Origin: an uncultured Bacteroidota bacterium
Lineage (GTDB): Bacteria; Bacteroidota; Ignavibacteria; Palsa-1295
Assembly (NCBI GenBank): GCA_963702215.1
Contig: OY969726.1
Span: forward strand, 1,809,533 to 1,873,532
Direction: 5' to 3'
Length of the DNA: 64,000 nt
Under the pieces are notes generated by a model, which was given only the letters and a program-made list of their open reading frames with translations, had not been told where the DNA came from and did no database searches. The position numbers were made by a program, and so were the translations under genes. Of this stretch, positions 22,401 to 31,392 are shown piece after piece. Within the stretch, counting starts at the first letter, position 1. Every line of letters begins with the position of its first letter.

Positions 22401-23690
22401 CGTAGCGTAATTATCATAGGCCTGTTGCCCATTGCCGGGTATCGGGGATTCGAATACCACCGTTTTCGTGAATTGTTCGCGCGGATTAATTACCACTTCG
22501 GCCGGATCGCCATCCCCGTTGACGTGGTCAGGATAGCTGGAACTATTAATATATTCGACCAGCATAAAGGGTGCGTCGCTCCAGAACTTTTGAGCCAGTT
22601 CGATTTCATCCCAGTAGGTGCCATATTTACTGCCAATCACACATTCTTGACTTGTTCCGCCTTGCGCGGAGTTGTACTTCCAAATGGTCTGGCCCGGTTT
22701 GGAAGACACAAATAGATACAGCCCATAATCATGACCATTCTGCCCGGTCGGCTGGGTAAAGTAAGTGCTGTAGTATGTCGATGCCCATGTCCGGACGGGC
22801 GGCATCATGTGCTCCACATGGTCGCAGTAAGGAAAATCAAGTGGAATATTCGTACACATGGAGCCGCCGATGACCCCAACCGGATTGTTCGAGTGAACGA
22901 TTGTTCCGGTCACATCATAATTGTCGGCATTTGTCGCAAGCACTGAAAGGAACTGCTCACTCTCGCCGCGATTGAGCGTAATTTGAAAGGTGTGACCCGC
23001 CGCGTACCCGACCGTCGAAACACTTTCACCACCCTGCCGGAGATCGCATGCCGGGGTAATTTGGATGACCGTGTTATCGGTATTCGCGGCAATGGTGAAT
23101 TCGGATGGGTAGTCCGCGCTTGGTTCAAAGAGAGAGGCATATCCCGCTACCACATAGTCCGTGCCCCAGCCTATGGTGGGAACGACATAGGTTCCATCGG
23201 AAGTGTATTCGTCGTGGGACATGAAATAGACCGTCAGATCCGCATCATTCGACCAGACATGCACCGCCTGCTCGACGGACCCGCTATTCTCGATCTCATC
23301 AGAAAAAGGCAGGTTAATGGTAGCAATCTTATAGGCCGTTACCGCAACGGACTGCGCGATCCCGGTTCCCAGTGCTGCGTAGGCGGTGGTGTTATAAGGC
23401 GAGGTAATGAACAAATGGAGATACTTCCCACCCGTGTTCACACCCCAGTAATTCGAGGGCACCCCGAACCAGAATTCACGCCCCATTGTGGGCGGCGATT
23501 CATGGAGTTTCGTTATACTATGGGTGATGAAGCCGGATTGCGCGCGCACCGGCTGCGTCGTAAAAACGGCAAGAGTGGCAAGCAGGACGAGAGCCACGAG
23601 ACCACGCGAGTGGCGCAGCGTTGGGCGCAGCGTTGCGTGCAACGCCGGGCGCGAGATACCGCAGCTTGAATTCCGGTGAATAATTCTCAT
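19401..23690 (-). CDS. giant T9SS cargo / putative adhesin (paralog A, 1429 aa)
   Basis: It has a signal peptide. The N-terminal domain of about 640 aa is about 60% identical to paralog B (GREFWFGVPSNYWG...VHVWSNDADLTVYFMS...GGSMCTNIPLDFPYCDHVEHMMPPVRTW...ELAQKFWSDAPFMLVEYINSSSYPD). The C-terminal T9SS sorting domain is LTLTIYDVLGREVA...AGTYTYRL...QFVIDR. Confidence 0.75.
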   Translation of the reverse strand: MRIIHRNSSCGISRPALHATLRPTLRHSRGLVALVLLATLAVFTTQPVRAQSGFITHSITKLHESPPTMGREFWFGVPSNYWGVNTGGKYLHLFITSPYNTTAYAALGTGIAQSVAVTAYKIATINLPFSDEIENSGSVEQAVHVWSNDADLTVYFMSHDEYTSDGTYVVPTIGWGTDYVVAGYASLFEPSADYPSEFTIAANTDNTVIQITPACDLRQGGESVSTVGYAAGHTFQITLNRGESEQFLSVLATNADNYDVTGTIVHSNNPVGVIGGSMCTNIPLDFPYCDHVEHMMPPVRTWASTYYSTYFTQPTGQNGHDYGLYLFVSSKPGQTIWKYNSAQGGTSQECVIGSKYGTYWDEIELAQKFWSDAPFMLVEYINSSSYPDHVNGDGDPAEVVINPREQFTKTVVFESPIPGNGQQAYDNYATITINKNDEATTTIDGNSILTLNSTKQNIDDTFEIFTYKHLPSGVHIIAGDTAGAGVYIYGYGFDESYAWVGSFGTGTFHATDTIPPEADTFSACYDAFIHLSDTGALATKLAKIQIDSDYNMTFTLDSDWLEGVGLDTSGYGISVTDPTKEGYLQVTVYDIAGNATSIVSRYQPNYATIVPAVQDFGTVALGVTAVLYDTIRNTGKTPFDIKTLTLKLGNQGFSLVNPDLSPIPADSSRVVEIQFTPKKGQEAYDTLDFGSECLAMAPVAEGNAGAADYSVDNQTWLNVPLTKDTGWVQKPVVIHNKTSLEDLVVKFDSVSDPTHFYLAPYQAKTVTVPKKKTVNGPDGLDSVWFIYQPTVVEQDKAQGYWESAGENANGSLDFHNDSLFGNPIVAQVTFAQNIDDTIDCPQAGDTLRLTFVLSNSGSADAIVNRVTASNTLDFSKPIGILANDSTWDPAKVAQTLAKSGGADTIVVTYGVPTGGNASAWDTITAYGSDNQPMGKVIAHIQVNELTMTFNPPTLDFGQVPYQSGKVTKTFTITNPNATPVIYNDISFAPVNGSSPGSYSVSPSAGNGLPVTLTQGQSLTVSVTFDPSVSFVDSQWVNLEFASTACDTSIYALSISGLPPDVAQSTVSSPILACSHTMDTITITNPSPEADTIHSANWLGADSTAFLFPTNPEGLIIPSDSFLRIPVEFIPNAQDSNLHTDIDSIAFALKNSKSISTVVATVQGTSNFVDVEVTSQFPPPSGNAGTTADLPMSLTVNPRNLTVNDTDLDITGVRLVYLISNPDLLNITKGDLTNAVAGLPPGWSVAPGSYVTKLGDSVVLVLRGPKLPNGTITLGQIGFTVTLPKLDTATNVTLAELTFFSDSATAGCINPMVADSNFSLIQRCGDPTLRGFMQGGGIVAFIQPAKPDPVTGGEITFQYANWAPARLTLTIYDVLGREVARPVGNVYHEAGSWEASADVAKLPAGTYTYRLSAEGNLGRSVISKQFVIDR

Positions 23691-23880
23691 CGAAGTGTGG
23701 AGGGCTTCGCGACTCCATCGCGAAGATACCTTCTATAGTTAAAAACGCGCGGAAGGCTTCGGGTTACAAATTATTTTTATGAATTGTGGACATCCACCCA
23801 AAAATCCCGCGCTCAATTTGCAAAGCAATTCCAAGCGAAACAGTTCAGCGACGCAACCTAATTCCCCGTGGCGGGCGGCA

Positions 23881-26568
23881 TCAACGCTCTTTTACAGCCC
23901 GCTTCGTCCGAACGATGCTCCCTGCTTCGAGCCGAACGAAATACGTCCCAGCAGGCCACGAGGCAGTGTTTAGCTCATACTCAGAAGCTTCGGTGAGCGC
24001 ATCCGCGGCCGGAGTGGCCATGGTTCGGCCCAGCACATCTAAGACACTCAGCGTCGCCGGAATGTCCCGCGCGAGGCTCACGTGGATTTCCAATTTATCA
24101 CTGAAAGGGTTATTTACGACCTGAAGATCGCTCGCCGATACACTTTGGACGGGAGCGACTGAAGCCACCGCCGCATTTCCAATCAGGCTATCGGTTCGAA
24201 TGCTTTCGGTTTTGCCATCGGAGGCGAGGACTTGCGGGCTTGTCCAGGTGCCTAACGTTCTGTTGGGAATCATTGCGGAGCTATCGTCCGGAAAATATGC
24301 GATGTGGAAGGGAACGGAACTCGTAGGCGGCACGGCGAGCGGGAATCTATCGTCGGCAAGGAAATGCCGGTCCGGCCACCAACCGGTATCGATCGTGATC
24401 GGCCAGGCTGAAAGATTGTGAATGCTTACCGCCATGATATATCCCGCCGGCGGCGCGGGAATGGATTCATTCAACCAGCGGGCATCACTCACGCTAAAAT
24501 CGGCAGTGCCGGCGTTGCCGACGAGCGCCGCGATTTCGGTGCTGCAACTGTCGCCAAAGAGCAAGCCATCGACGGTGGATCCCGAACTCGTTGGCTGAAA
24601 CGAAATTTTTAGAACCCGGCGCTCGCCTGGTTGAAGCGTCGAAGGCGTCATGCCGCTATCCAAAGTAAATCCAAGGTTCCCGTCGGCGAGCGCGAGCTTC
24701 GTGAACGGATATGGCACGGAGCCAGTATTGACAAGCGTATCGTACGCGTACTTAATCGATGACGTACTATCGGAACCAAAATATTGCACCGCCGGCTCGA
24801 TCGAAGCCGTTTGCGGCGAGTAGGTGCTTGCAATCGTCGTTCGGTTGCCGGCCACATCGAATGCTTCCACTTGAAGATAGGCCGGCTTTGTGGGATCGAG
24901 GACGTACATGCTGTAATCAGAAGTATCGCTGCCAATGCCTTCCAGAAAATTCAGATTCGGAAAATAAGCCATGTTAGACTCGGAATCGAGGCGAATCATA
25001 GTCAACTGGCTTTGCGGAATTCCGCCGGGATTCATTCCCGAATCCGCGAGATGCACAAAGGATTCGTAACACGCTCCCTTAATCATTGCCTTCGGCGCGA
25101 CGGTATCCGGCGAGCGATATGTCGAAATCCCCAGCGGCCCGCTCCAGGCGTAGGCTTCGTCGTGACCATAGCCATAGGTATAAACCCCAACCCCGGAGGA
25201 ATCTCCCGTAACAACATGGACTCCGGGCGCGACATGCGGAATGGTAAACACCTCGAAGGTGTCGTCAATGGGCTGCACCCTATATTGCGGGAGATTCTTC
25301 CCGTCGAATGTTGTTTGGGTGACTTCGCCCACCTTCAGGATAATGGTCGCATAATTGTCGTAAGGCAGTTGTGAGCCAGCGCTGATCGGTGTTTGGAATA
25401 CGACGTTTTTTGTGTATTGCCCGCGCGAAGGAATGACAACCTCCGCCGGATCGCCAAGGCCATTCACCCCATCCGGATAGCTGGAACTATTAATATATTC
25501 GACCAGCATAAACGGCGCATCACTCCAAAACTTTTGTGCGAGTTCCAGCTCATCCCAATAGAGATCGTACTGACCGGCGAGTTGACACTCCACGTGCATC
25601 CCGGAGCCGTAATCCTGCCGATAAAAAGTTTGGCCAGCTTTCGAAGCCACGAAAAGATACAATCCGTAATCATGCCCGGGTTGGCCAGCAGGCTGAACGA
25701 AATTGGTTGTATAATACACGGTTCCCCAGGTGCGAACCGGCGGAATCATGTGCTCGACGTGATCGCAATACGGATAATCAATTGGGATATTCGTACACAT
25801 CGACCCACCAATTACGCCTACGGGATTGCTTGAGCGTATGACCGTTCCGGTGACATCGAACCCTGTCACATCAGTCGCCGAGTCAGACATGAACTGTATG
25901 CTTTCGCCGCGATTGAGAGTATCAATAAAGGTTTCTCCCGCCGGATAAGCGACGATGGATGCATTCTTGCCAGCTCCGCTAGCCCGACGAATGTCGCACG
26001 ATGGCGTAATTTCGAGGACTGTCTTGTCGGATGCTGCGGCAACGGTGAATTCCGAGGGGTAATCGCCATTTGGTTCAGAAATCGCTCCAAATCCCGCAAC
26101 GACATAATCGGTGCCCCAGCCAATCGTCGGAATAATGTAGGAGCCATCCAACGTAGTAAAGTCATCGGACATGAAATAGACGGTCAAATCCGCATCGTTC
26201 GACCAGACATGAACGGCCTTGGTTTCCGCTATGCCGCTCAATTCCATTTCCCAGGAGAAGGGAACCGCAAAGCTCGATACGTTATAGGCTTGGACAGGCA
26301 CGGCGACAGCTCCGCCGACCCCCACGCCGACGTAAGCTGTCGTATTTTTCGCCGAACTAATATAAATCCGAAGATACTTCCCACCGTTATCCACTCCCCA
26401 GAAATTCGATGGAATTCCGAACCAGAAATCCCGCCCTGCGGTGGGCGGCGCGTGCTGTTCGGTCGTGATTTGGTTTTGAATGCGCGCCGATTGCGCGTGG
26501 GCGAAGCCAAACGAGCACGCAATAAGGGCGAAAGCCGCAAGGAAAATCCGGCGAGGTGAGTGGTTCAC
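23881..26568 (-). CDS. T9SS cargo / putative adhesin (paralog B, 895 aa)
   Basis: The signal peptide is MNHSPRRIFLAAFALIACSFGFAHAQ. It shares the N-terminal domain with paralog A (GRDFWFGIPSNFWG...). The T9SS C-terminal sorting domain is LSVLDVLGRTMA...AGTYFVRLEAG...AVKER. Confidence 0.75.
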   Translation of the reverse strand: MNHSPRRIFLAAFALIACSFGFAHAQSARIQNQITTEQHAPPTAGRDFWFGIPSNFWGVDNGGKYLRIYISSAKNTTAYVGVGVGGAVAVPVQAYNVSSFAVPFSWEMELSGIAETKAVHVWSNDADLTVYFMSDDFTTLDGSYIIPTIGWGTDYVVAGFGAISEPNGDYPSEFTVAAASDKTVLEITPSCDIRRASGAGKNASIVAYPAGETFIDTLNRGESIQFMSDSATDVTGFDVTGTVIRSSNPVGVIGGSMCTNIPIDYPYCDHVEHMIPPVRTWGTVYYTTNFVQPAGQPGHDYGLYLFVASKAGQTFYRQDYGSGMHVECQLAGQYDLYWDELELAQKFWSDAPFMLVEYINSSSYPDGVNGLGDPAEVVIPSRGQYTKNVVFQTPISAGSQLPYDNYATIILKVGEVTQTTFDGKNLPQYRVQPIDDTFEVFTIPHVAPGVHVVTGDSSGVGVYTYGYGHDEAYAWSGPLGISTYRSPDTVAPKAMIKGACYESFVHLADSGMNPGGIPQSQLTMIRLDSESNMAYFPNLNFLEGIGSDTSDYSMYVLDPTKPAYLQVEAFDVAGNRTTIASTYSPQTASIEPAVQYFGSDSTSSIKYAYDTLVNTGSVPYPFTKLALADGNLGFTLDSGMTPSTLQPGERRVLKISFQPTSSGSTVDGLLFGDSCSTEIAALVGNAGTADFSVSDARWLNESIPAPPAGYIMAVSIHNLSAWPITIDTGWWPDRHFLADDRFPLAVPPTSSVPFHIAYFPDDSSAMIPNRTLGTWTSPQVLASDGKTESIRTDSLIGNAAVASVAPVQSVSASDLQVVNNPFSDKLEIHVSLARDIPATLSVLDVLGRTMATPAADALTEASEYELNTASWPAGTYFVRLEAGSIVRTKRAVKER

Positions 26569-27005
26569 GATAGCAAATGTCCTTCCTTAAAGATAACGCT
26601 CTATAACGAAGACCCGCGAAACGCCGAAAGGTTACAGCATTCATCCGGTTTTTCGCGAGACTCCTCATAGAATAAAGCGCACAACTCGCCAAAGGTTACA
26701 AACTATTTTCGGGAGTGTCTCATTATTCCTGAAGTTCCCACTCGGGCATCGGCTCCGTGAACTCGAATTAATTCGTTAAAAACAGCATTCTTGCGGCAAA
26801 TGCCAAAAATGCCGCGAAGTCGCGCGATAGCCGCTGGGAACTCGGCTTTGTATTAATCTTGTTATATTAATCATGAGAACATTGTGTTTTTTTCAGAAAA
26901 TATACTTTCAAAAAAGAAACCAGTTCATGAATACGCATCCAACACCCACTATAAAATTTGTCGTAACAGTTATTTATGCCGGCTTCTTGTCACGGCCACG
27001 ATCCG

Positions 27006-28907
27006 CTATTGCATCATCATTTCAATTTGCTTGCGAAGTTCCTCGATGCTCTTAGCGAGCTTGGGTTCGAGCTTCATATCCTCATGGATGGCCTGAACGG
27101 CGTGGATGACGGTGGAGTGGTCGCGCCCGCCAAAATGAAAGCCGATGGATTTGAGCGAATGGTTCGTCATCTCCTTGCAGAGGTACATTGCAATTTGCCG
27201 CGCCAGCACGACTTCCTGTTTCCGAGTCTTATGGCGCAAAAGCTCCTCCTCGATTCCCATGCGTACTGCAACGGTATGCTGAATCGCCTCAATGGAAATA
27301 ATCGGCGCAGCGCGTTTGGCGATCTTTCGGAGCACCTCGCGCGCCAGATCGAGCGTGGGTTCCCGGCCTTCGAGCGAGGACATCGCCAGCAGCGAAATCA
27401 GGCAGCCTTCGAGTTCACGGATGTTCGAGGTAATGTTCGAGGCGATATATTCGATTACTTCACCCGGAAGCTCGATCCCATCGGCGATGGCTTTGTGCCG
27501 AAGGATTGCGATACGCGTTTCGAGATCGGGTGCACCAATATCGGTCGTGAGGCCCCATTGCAGTCGGTTGAGCAGGCGGTCGTCGATGTCTTTTAGTTCC
27601 TTCGGCGCGCGGTCGCAGGTGAGGATGATTTGCTTGCCAAGCTCACGAAGCGCGTTGAAGGTATGAAAGAAAATATCCTGAGTTTTTTCTTTGCCGGCAA
27701 AGAATTGCACATCGTCGATAATGAGAACGTCGATCGAGCGATAGAGCGCCTGGAATTCGTTGATTCGGTCGTTCTGAATCGCATCGACAAATTCGACGGT
27801 GAATCGCTCGCTCGAAGTGTAAAGGACCTTCGCCGATGGGAATTTTTGCATCGCCGCGTGGCCGATCGCCTGAATAAGGTGCGTCTTACCCAATCCGACG
27901 TTGCCATAAATAACGAGCGGATTATATCGCGTGCCGCCCGGGTTATTTGCGACCGCCATCGCCGCGCCATACGCTAATTTATTCGATTCGCCACGAATGA
28001 ATGTATCGAACGTGTATCGCGGGTTTAGCAGCGATTCGAAGGCCGCCGCGGCGGGCCGCTTCCCATTCGAACTTGCTCCATTCGCGGAGATTCGGATCGG
28101 GGATGTGCCGGAAATTGACGCAGCGGGATGCGCCATGCCGTTTAGGCTGGTTGGTTCGTTCGTAACCCGCGAGCTAAATGGCTCGGGTGCGGAAGGTCGC
28201 GCAAATGGTTCCGAACGAAACGCCGGTGGCTGCTCGCTCATCCGCGGAGCCGAATCCGATTTCATCGCGGGTTCGAGTTTCGTGTTCAGGGACTCGACCT
28301 CGTTTACGCTATCGAATCGGAAGCGAGCCACCGGGCCTAAGACCGCGTGAAGGGATCGCTCTAAAATATCCTGGTAATGCTCGCCGATCCATTCGCAGAA
28401 GAAGCTGCTTGGAGCGCGCAGCGTCATCTCCGATCCTTCCAGCGCGACTGCGCGAAGCGGTTCGAACCACGTACGCATCGTTTGCGCCGAAAGCTGCGGG
28501 CGTATTGTGTCCAGGCACATCCGCCAGATTCGTTCCGCCGCAGCCTGTAAGTTTGCAGCGGAGGATTGCTCATCGGCATTTAATGAGCGCTCATCGGTTG
28601 TCGAATCCAATTCGGATTCAGGTGCTAATTCGGCCGCAGCAATCGCCGGTTCCACACCATAATTTGAATTCCGATCGATCTCAGGAGCAGCTAGCGGCTC
28701 TGACTGCGGAACCGCCGATTGACGCGCCAAATGGCCAGCATCCGGCCACGCGTCGATCAAATTTTCAGAATTCGTGGATAACCGAGCCCGATCGGCGACA
28801 CGAGCGTGCTCGCTCCGTGCTGATTCGCTAATTCGCAGGTCGCTTTTTCTTGAGGATGAGTGGGCGGAAGCCAGGGGCGTACGGTTATCTACGGAAAACT
28901 CGGTCAT
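27006..28907 (-). CDS. dnaA: chromosomal replication initiator protein DnaA, with an unusually long N-terminal/linker region
   Basis: AAA+ Walker A GNVGLGKTHL, Walker B LIIDDVQF, and sensor and box VII motifs are present. The C-terminal DNA-binding domain is (K/R)TRKQEVVLARQIAMYL. The start is probably MTEFSV at about 28907. A low-complexity S/A/P/E-rich segment of about 280 aa precedes domain III. Confidence 0.93.
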   Translation of the reverse strand: MTEFSVDNRTPLASAHSSSRKSDLRISESARSEHARVADRARLSTNSENLIDAWPDAGHLARQSAVPQSEPLAAPEIDRNSNYGVEPAIAAAELAPESELDSTTDERSLNADEQSSAANLQAAAERIWRMCLDTIRPQLSAQTMRTWFEPLRAVALEGSEMTLRAPSSFFCEWIGEHYQDILERSLHAVLGPVARFRFDSVNEVESLNTKLEPAMKSDSAPRMSEQPPAFRSEPFARPSAPEPFSSRVTNEPTSLNGMAHPAASISGTSPIRISANGASSNGKRPAAAAFESLLNPRYTFDTFIRGESNKLAYGAAMAVANNPGGTRYNPLVIYGNVGLGKTHLIQAIGHAAMQKFPSAKVLYTSSERFTVEFVDAIQNDRINEFQALYRSIDVLIIDDVQFFAGKEKTQDIFFHTFNALRELGKQIILTCDRAPKELKDIDDRLLNRLQWGLTTDIGAPDLETRIAILRHKAIADGIELPGEVIEYIASNITSNIRELEGCLISLLAMSSLEGREPTLDLAREVLRKIAKRAAPIISIEAIQHTVAVRMGIEEELLRHKTRKQEVVLARQIAMYLCKEMTNHSLKSIGFHFGGRDHSTVIHAVQAIHEDMKLEPKLAKSIEELRKQIEMMMQ

Positions 28908-28940
28908 GGTCTTGATGGGTCGTAACAGAAGGAGAAACAC

Positions 28941-29283
28941 TCGCCGTGGCGAGTCACGTTCGGATTATTTCGATCTCGTTCATTCTATTTTATTTCGCAT
29001 GAGATACGTTTGGTTCTCATCATTTTTATTTCCTATGCCCATTCTCTGCAAGCGACTCGCATCGCTGGCGCATCTCAATTGGCGATTCAAACTTATCCAC
29101 AATCTCTAAACATCTGCACGCATTTCATATATCTTACAGTATAAGCAATCGATCCATAACCAACTCGAAATTTCAAAAAAATAATTTAGTAACTTTGATT
29201 GACCACTGTGTGCCGAGCACCACGTGAAGAGCAGACGAGCTGCAGTGTCCTGAATCGTCCTTCGGTGACGGATTAGCGTCCCG
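28941..29283. other. candidate oriC / dnaA upstream control region
   Basis: A perfect DnaA box TTATCCACA lies at 29093-29101. It is followed by a very AT-rich stretch of about 110 bp (29101-29215, for example TTTCAAAAAAATAATTTAGTAACTTTGATTGA) that could serve as a DNA unwinding element. The region is immediately upstream of dnaA. Confidence 0.45.
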
Positions 29284-29290
29284 CTACCCT

Positions 29291-30450
29291 CTACCGATGA
29301 CCCTGTACTCGATACTTGGTACCCCCGAGGGATAAGCTTCCCAGCGTGGTGCGCCGTCGCGCGCCGGTTGTTGCAGGGAGGTGGATGGGAATGTTTTCGA
29401 CAAACGCCTTGGCAAAAAATGCGAATGCGATCGCTTCCTTCGCTTTCGAAGGGATCCCATACCTCTCAGAATGCCACCACATTCGCGTGCTCTCCCGCAG
29501 AGGCAGCCAGAACGCTGCATAAGGAATCCGTTCAATGCACCACCGCCGCTAACGATGATTTCGACAGGCGCCGATATCGCGCCGATCAATTTCAAGCTTT
29601 GGACGATTGAGCGGGCTGTTAGTTCTGTAAGTGTTGCGAGCACATCTTTCGGAGCCATTTGCCTTGATGCGATAAGCTGGCGTATGTGATCGAATTTACT
29701 TTCGGAAAACAGTTCCCGGCCTGTCGATTTCGGGGGCCGATGTTCGAAGTATGGATTCGAAAGAAGGTCGATTAGCAATGCCTCGTTGATCGTACCGTTG
29801 CTGGCGTGCCGCCCACCGAGATCGAAGTCCTCTTGGTAATAGTCCTGGGAAATCCAATCCAGAAGGATGTTTCCCGGGCCAGTGTCGAACGCGATCACAT
29901 CTGCTTCTCGAGCGGTTCGAGGGAGCCACGTGACATTTGCTATGCCGCCGATATTGACGATGAGCCGATCAACAGAGTCGCTTTGAAGGAAATGATAATC
30001 GAACATTGGAACCAGCGGCGCTCCTTGCCCGCCGAGCGCAAGATCGGCGGAACGAAAATCACTGACCACATCGATTTCCGTAAGCGCGGCAAGTGCGGCG
30101 CCGGAGCCAAGTTGCAGCGTTGCCGGATGTGGCGAACCCGGCAAATGCCGCACCGTTTGGCCATGCAAGCCAATCGCCCGGATGCTCTCCTTCGCGAGCG
30201 CTGCCGCATCGAGCGCGCCGACCACTGCCTGCGCGTAACGTTCAGCCAGCACGAAATGCGTGCGAACGACAGTATCCATTTCGACAGCGTGGGCGGTCGC
30301 CACTTCCATCAAGAGACCGCGCAATTCATCTGAAAACTCCGTTGAATAAAACGACACGAGTTCAACGTTCGTCTTATCGAATTGCACGATCGCGACGTCG
30401 ATGCCATCTAAGCTGGTGCCAGACATTATGCCAGCGTATAGTTCCATCAC
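29291..30450 (-). CDS. anmK: anhydro-N-acetylmuramic acid kinase, C-terminal frameshift at about 29482-29520
   Basis: The N-terminus has GIMSGTSLDGIDVA. The main ORF turns into an Arg-rich junk tail after VSGGGALNGFLMQR. The genuine C-terminus (EAIAFAFFAKAFVENIPIHLPATTGA) is read in the overlapping 63-aa ORF at 29291-29482. Confidence 0.8.
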
Positions 30451-30465
30451 TCTTGGTTCGGGCCT

Positions 30466-30687
30466 TCAGCGTGGAACATGACCGGCGGTATCGACGCTCC
30501 GCTCGTAGGTGGTATCGGGCGCAATACCACTCGGAATTTTCCGCTCGGTAACTTTAACAAACAAGAAAAACACGACGCTCATCACAGCGAAAATGAGAAT
30601 GCGAACCAGGATCGAATCGGCGCGAAGCCGCGACCGAAGCCCTTCTGCGCGGCCACTGTATGGCGAAGTTTTGGAACGCCCGAACAC
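30466..30687 (-). CDS. hypothetical small membrane protein
   Basis: 73-aa ORF with one strongly hydrophobic segment (ILVRILIFAVMSVVFFLFV), immediately upstream of anmK. There is no other support. Confidence 0.25.
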   Translation of the reverse strand: MFGRSKTSPYSGRAEGLRSRLRADSILVRILIFAVMSVVFFLFVKVTERKIPSGIAPDTTYERSVDTAGHVPR

Positions 30688-30760
30688 GTGCTAGGTCCTA
30701 CGTTTTGGAGTGGTGGGAATGAAGCTCTGCGGCGGTGGCAAGAGGCATCACTCATTTACG

Positions 30761-31387
30761 CTAAGAGTTTTGGATGCCGATAAGTTCGAGACTCGAGATG
30801 ACAGAGCGCTGTACAATCTGCTGTTCGAGAATCAGGCCGTGGTCTTGGGCGAAGAACCGGAGCGTATAGTTATCGTTCGGCTGCCCATCCTCATGATATT
30901 GCACAACGAGCACGTTCGCGTAATCCTTCAATTTCACGTCCGGCAAATAGTAATCGTCATACTCGGTGAGCACCGTCGCGTGAATGCGGTTGATGTCGTC
31001 GGCCACCCAGGTTGCCCCATCCTCGAGCGTGCCGTCAAGTACCATGAGCGACGAGGTGTCTGTCGAAATCACAGCCGCCTGGTTATAGTTCGCGTCATGA
31101 GTCAGGCTCACGCGGTAAAAAGTGACCAGCGTGCCATTAGCGCTTTTATAAACAAACACATTTTGTAGCCCCTGCTGAGCGGTGACAAGTCGCAGATTCA
31201 ATGTATCATAACGATTATTCAGGAACCGCTGATAGGTGTAGATGAGGCCGTTATCGAGAGGGTAGAATTGCGACTGCACCGTCGGTGTGGAAGCGGGTGG
31301 CGCATCACTTGTGCCACATCCATTCAGCAGTGCCGCGCCGATCGCCAGCGTGGCAACGCCCATCCACCAATATGATCGCACCGGCAT
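30761..31387 (-). CDS. hypothetical lipoprotein
   Basis: The signal and lipobox are MGVATLAIGAALLNGCG. No homology was recognised. Confidence 0.5.
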   Translation of the reverse strand: MPVRSYWWMGVATLAIGAALLNGCGTSDAPPASTPTVQSQFYPLDNGLIYTYQRFLNNRYDTLNLRLVTAQQGLQNVFVYKSANGTLVTFYRVSLTHDANYNQAAVISTDTSSLMVLDGTLEDGATWVADDINRIHATVLTEYDDYYLPDVKLKDYANVLVVQYHEDGQPNDNYTLRFFAQDHGLILEQQIVQRSVISSLELIGIQNS

Positions 31388-31392
31388 GGAGT

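Noticed and set aside
23691-23880. Possible DnaA-box-like TGTGGACAT between cargo A and cargo B
   Set aside because: It matches the consensus TGTGGATAA at only 7 of 9 positions, it is isolated, and it has no AT-rich unwinding element. Chance occurrence is likely.
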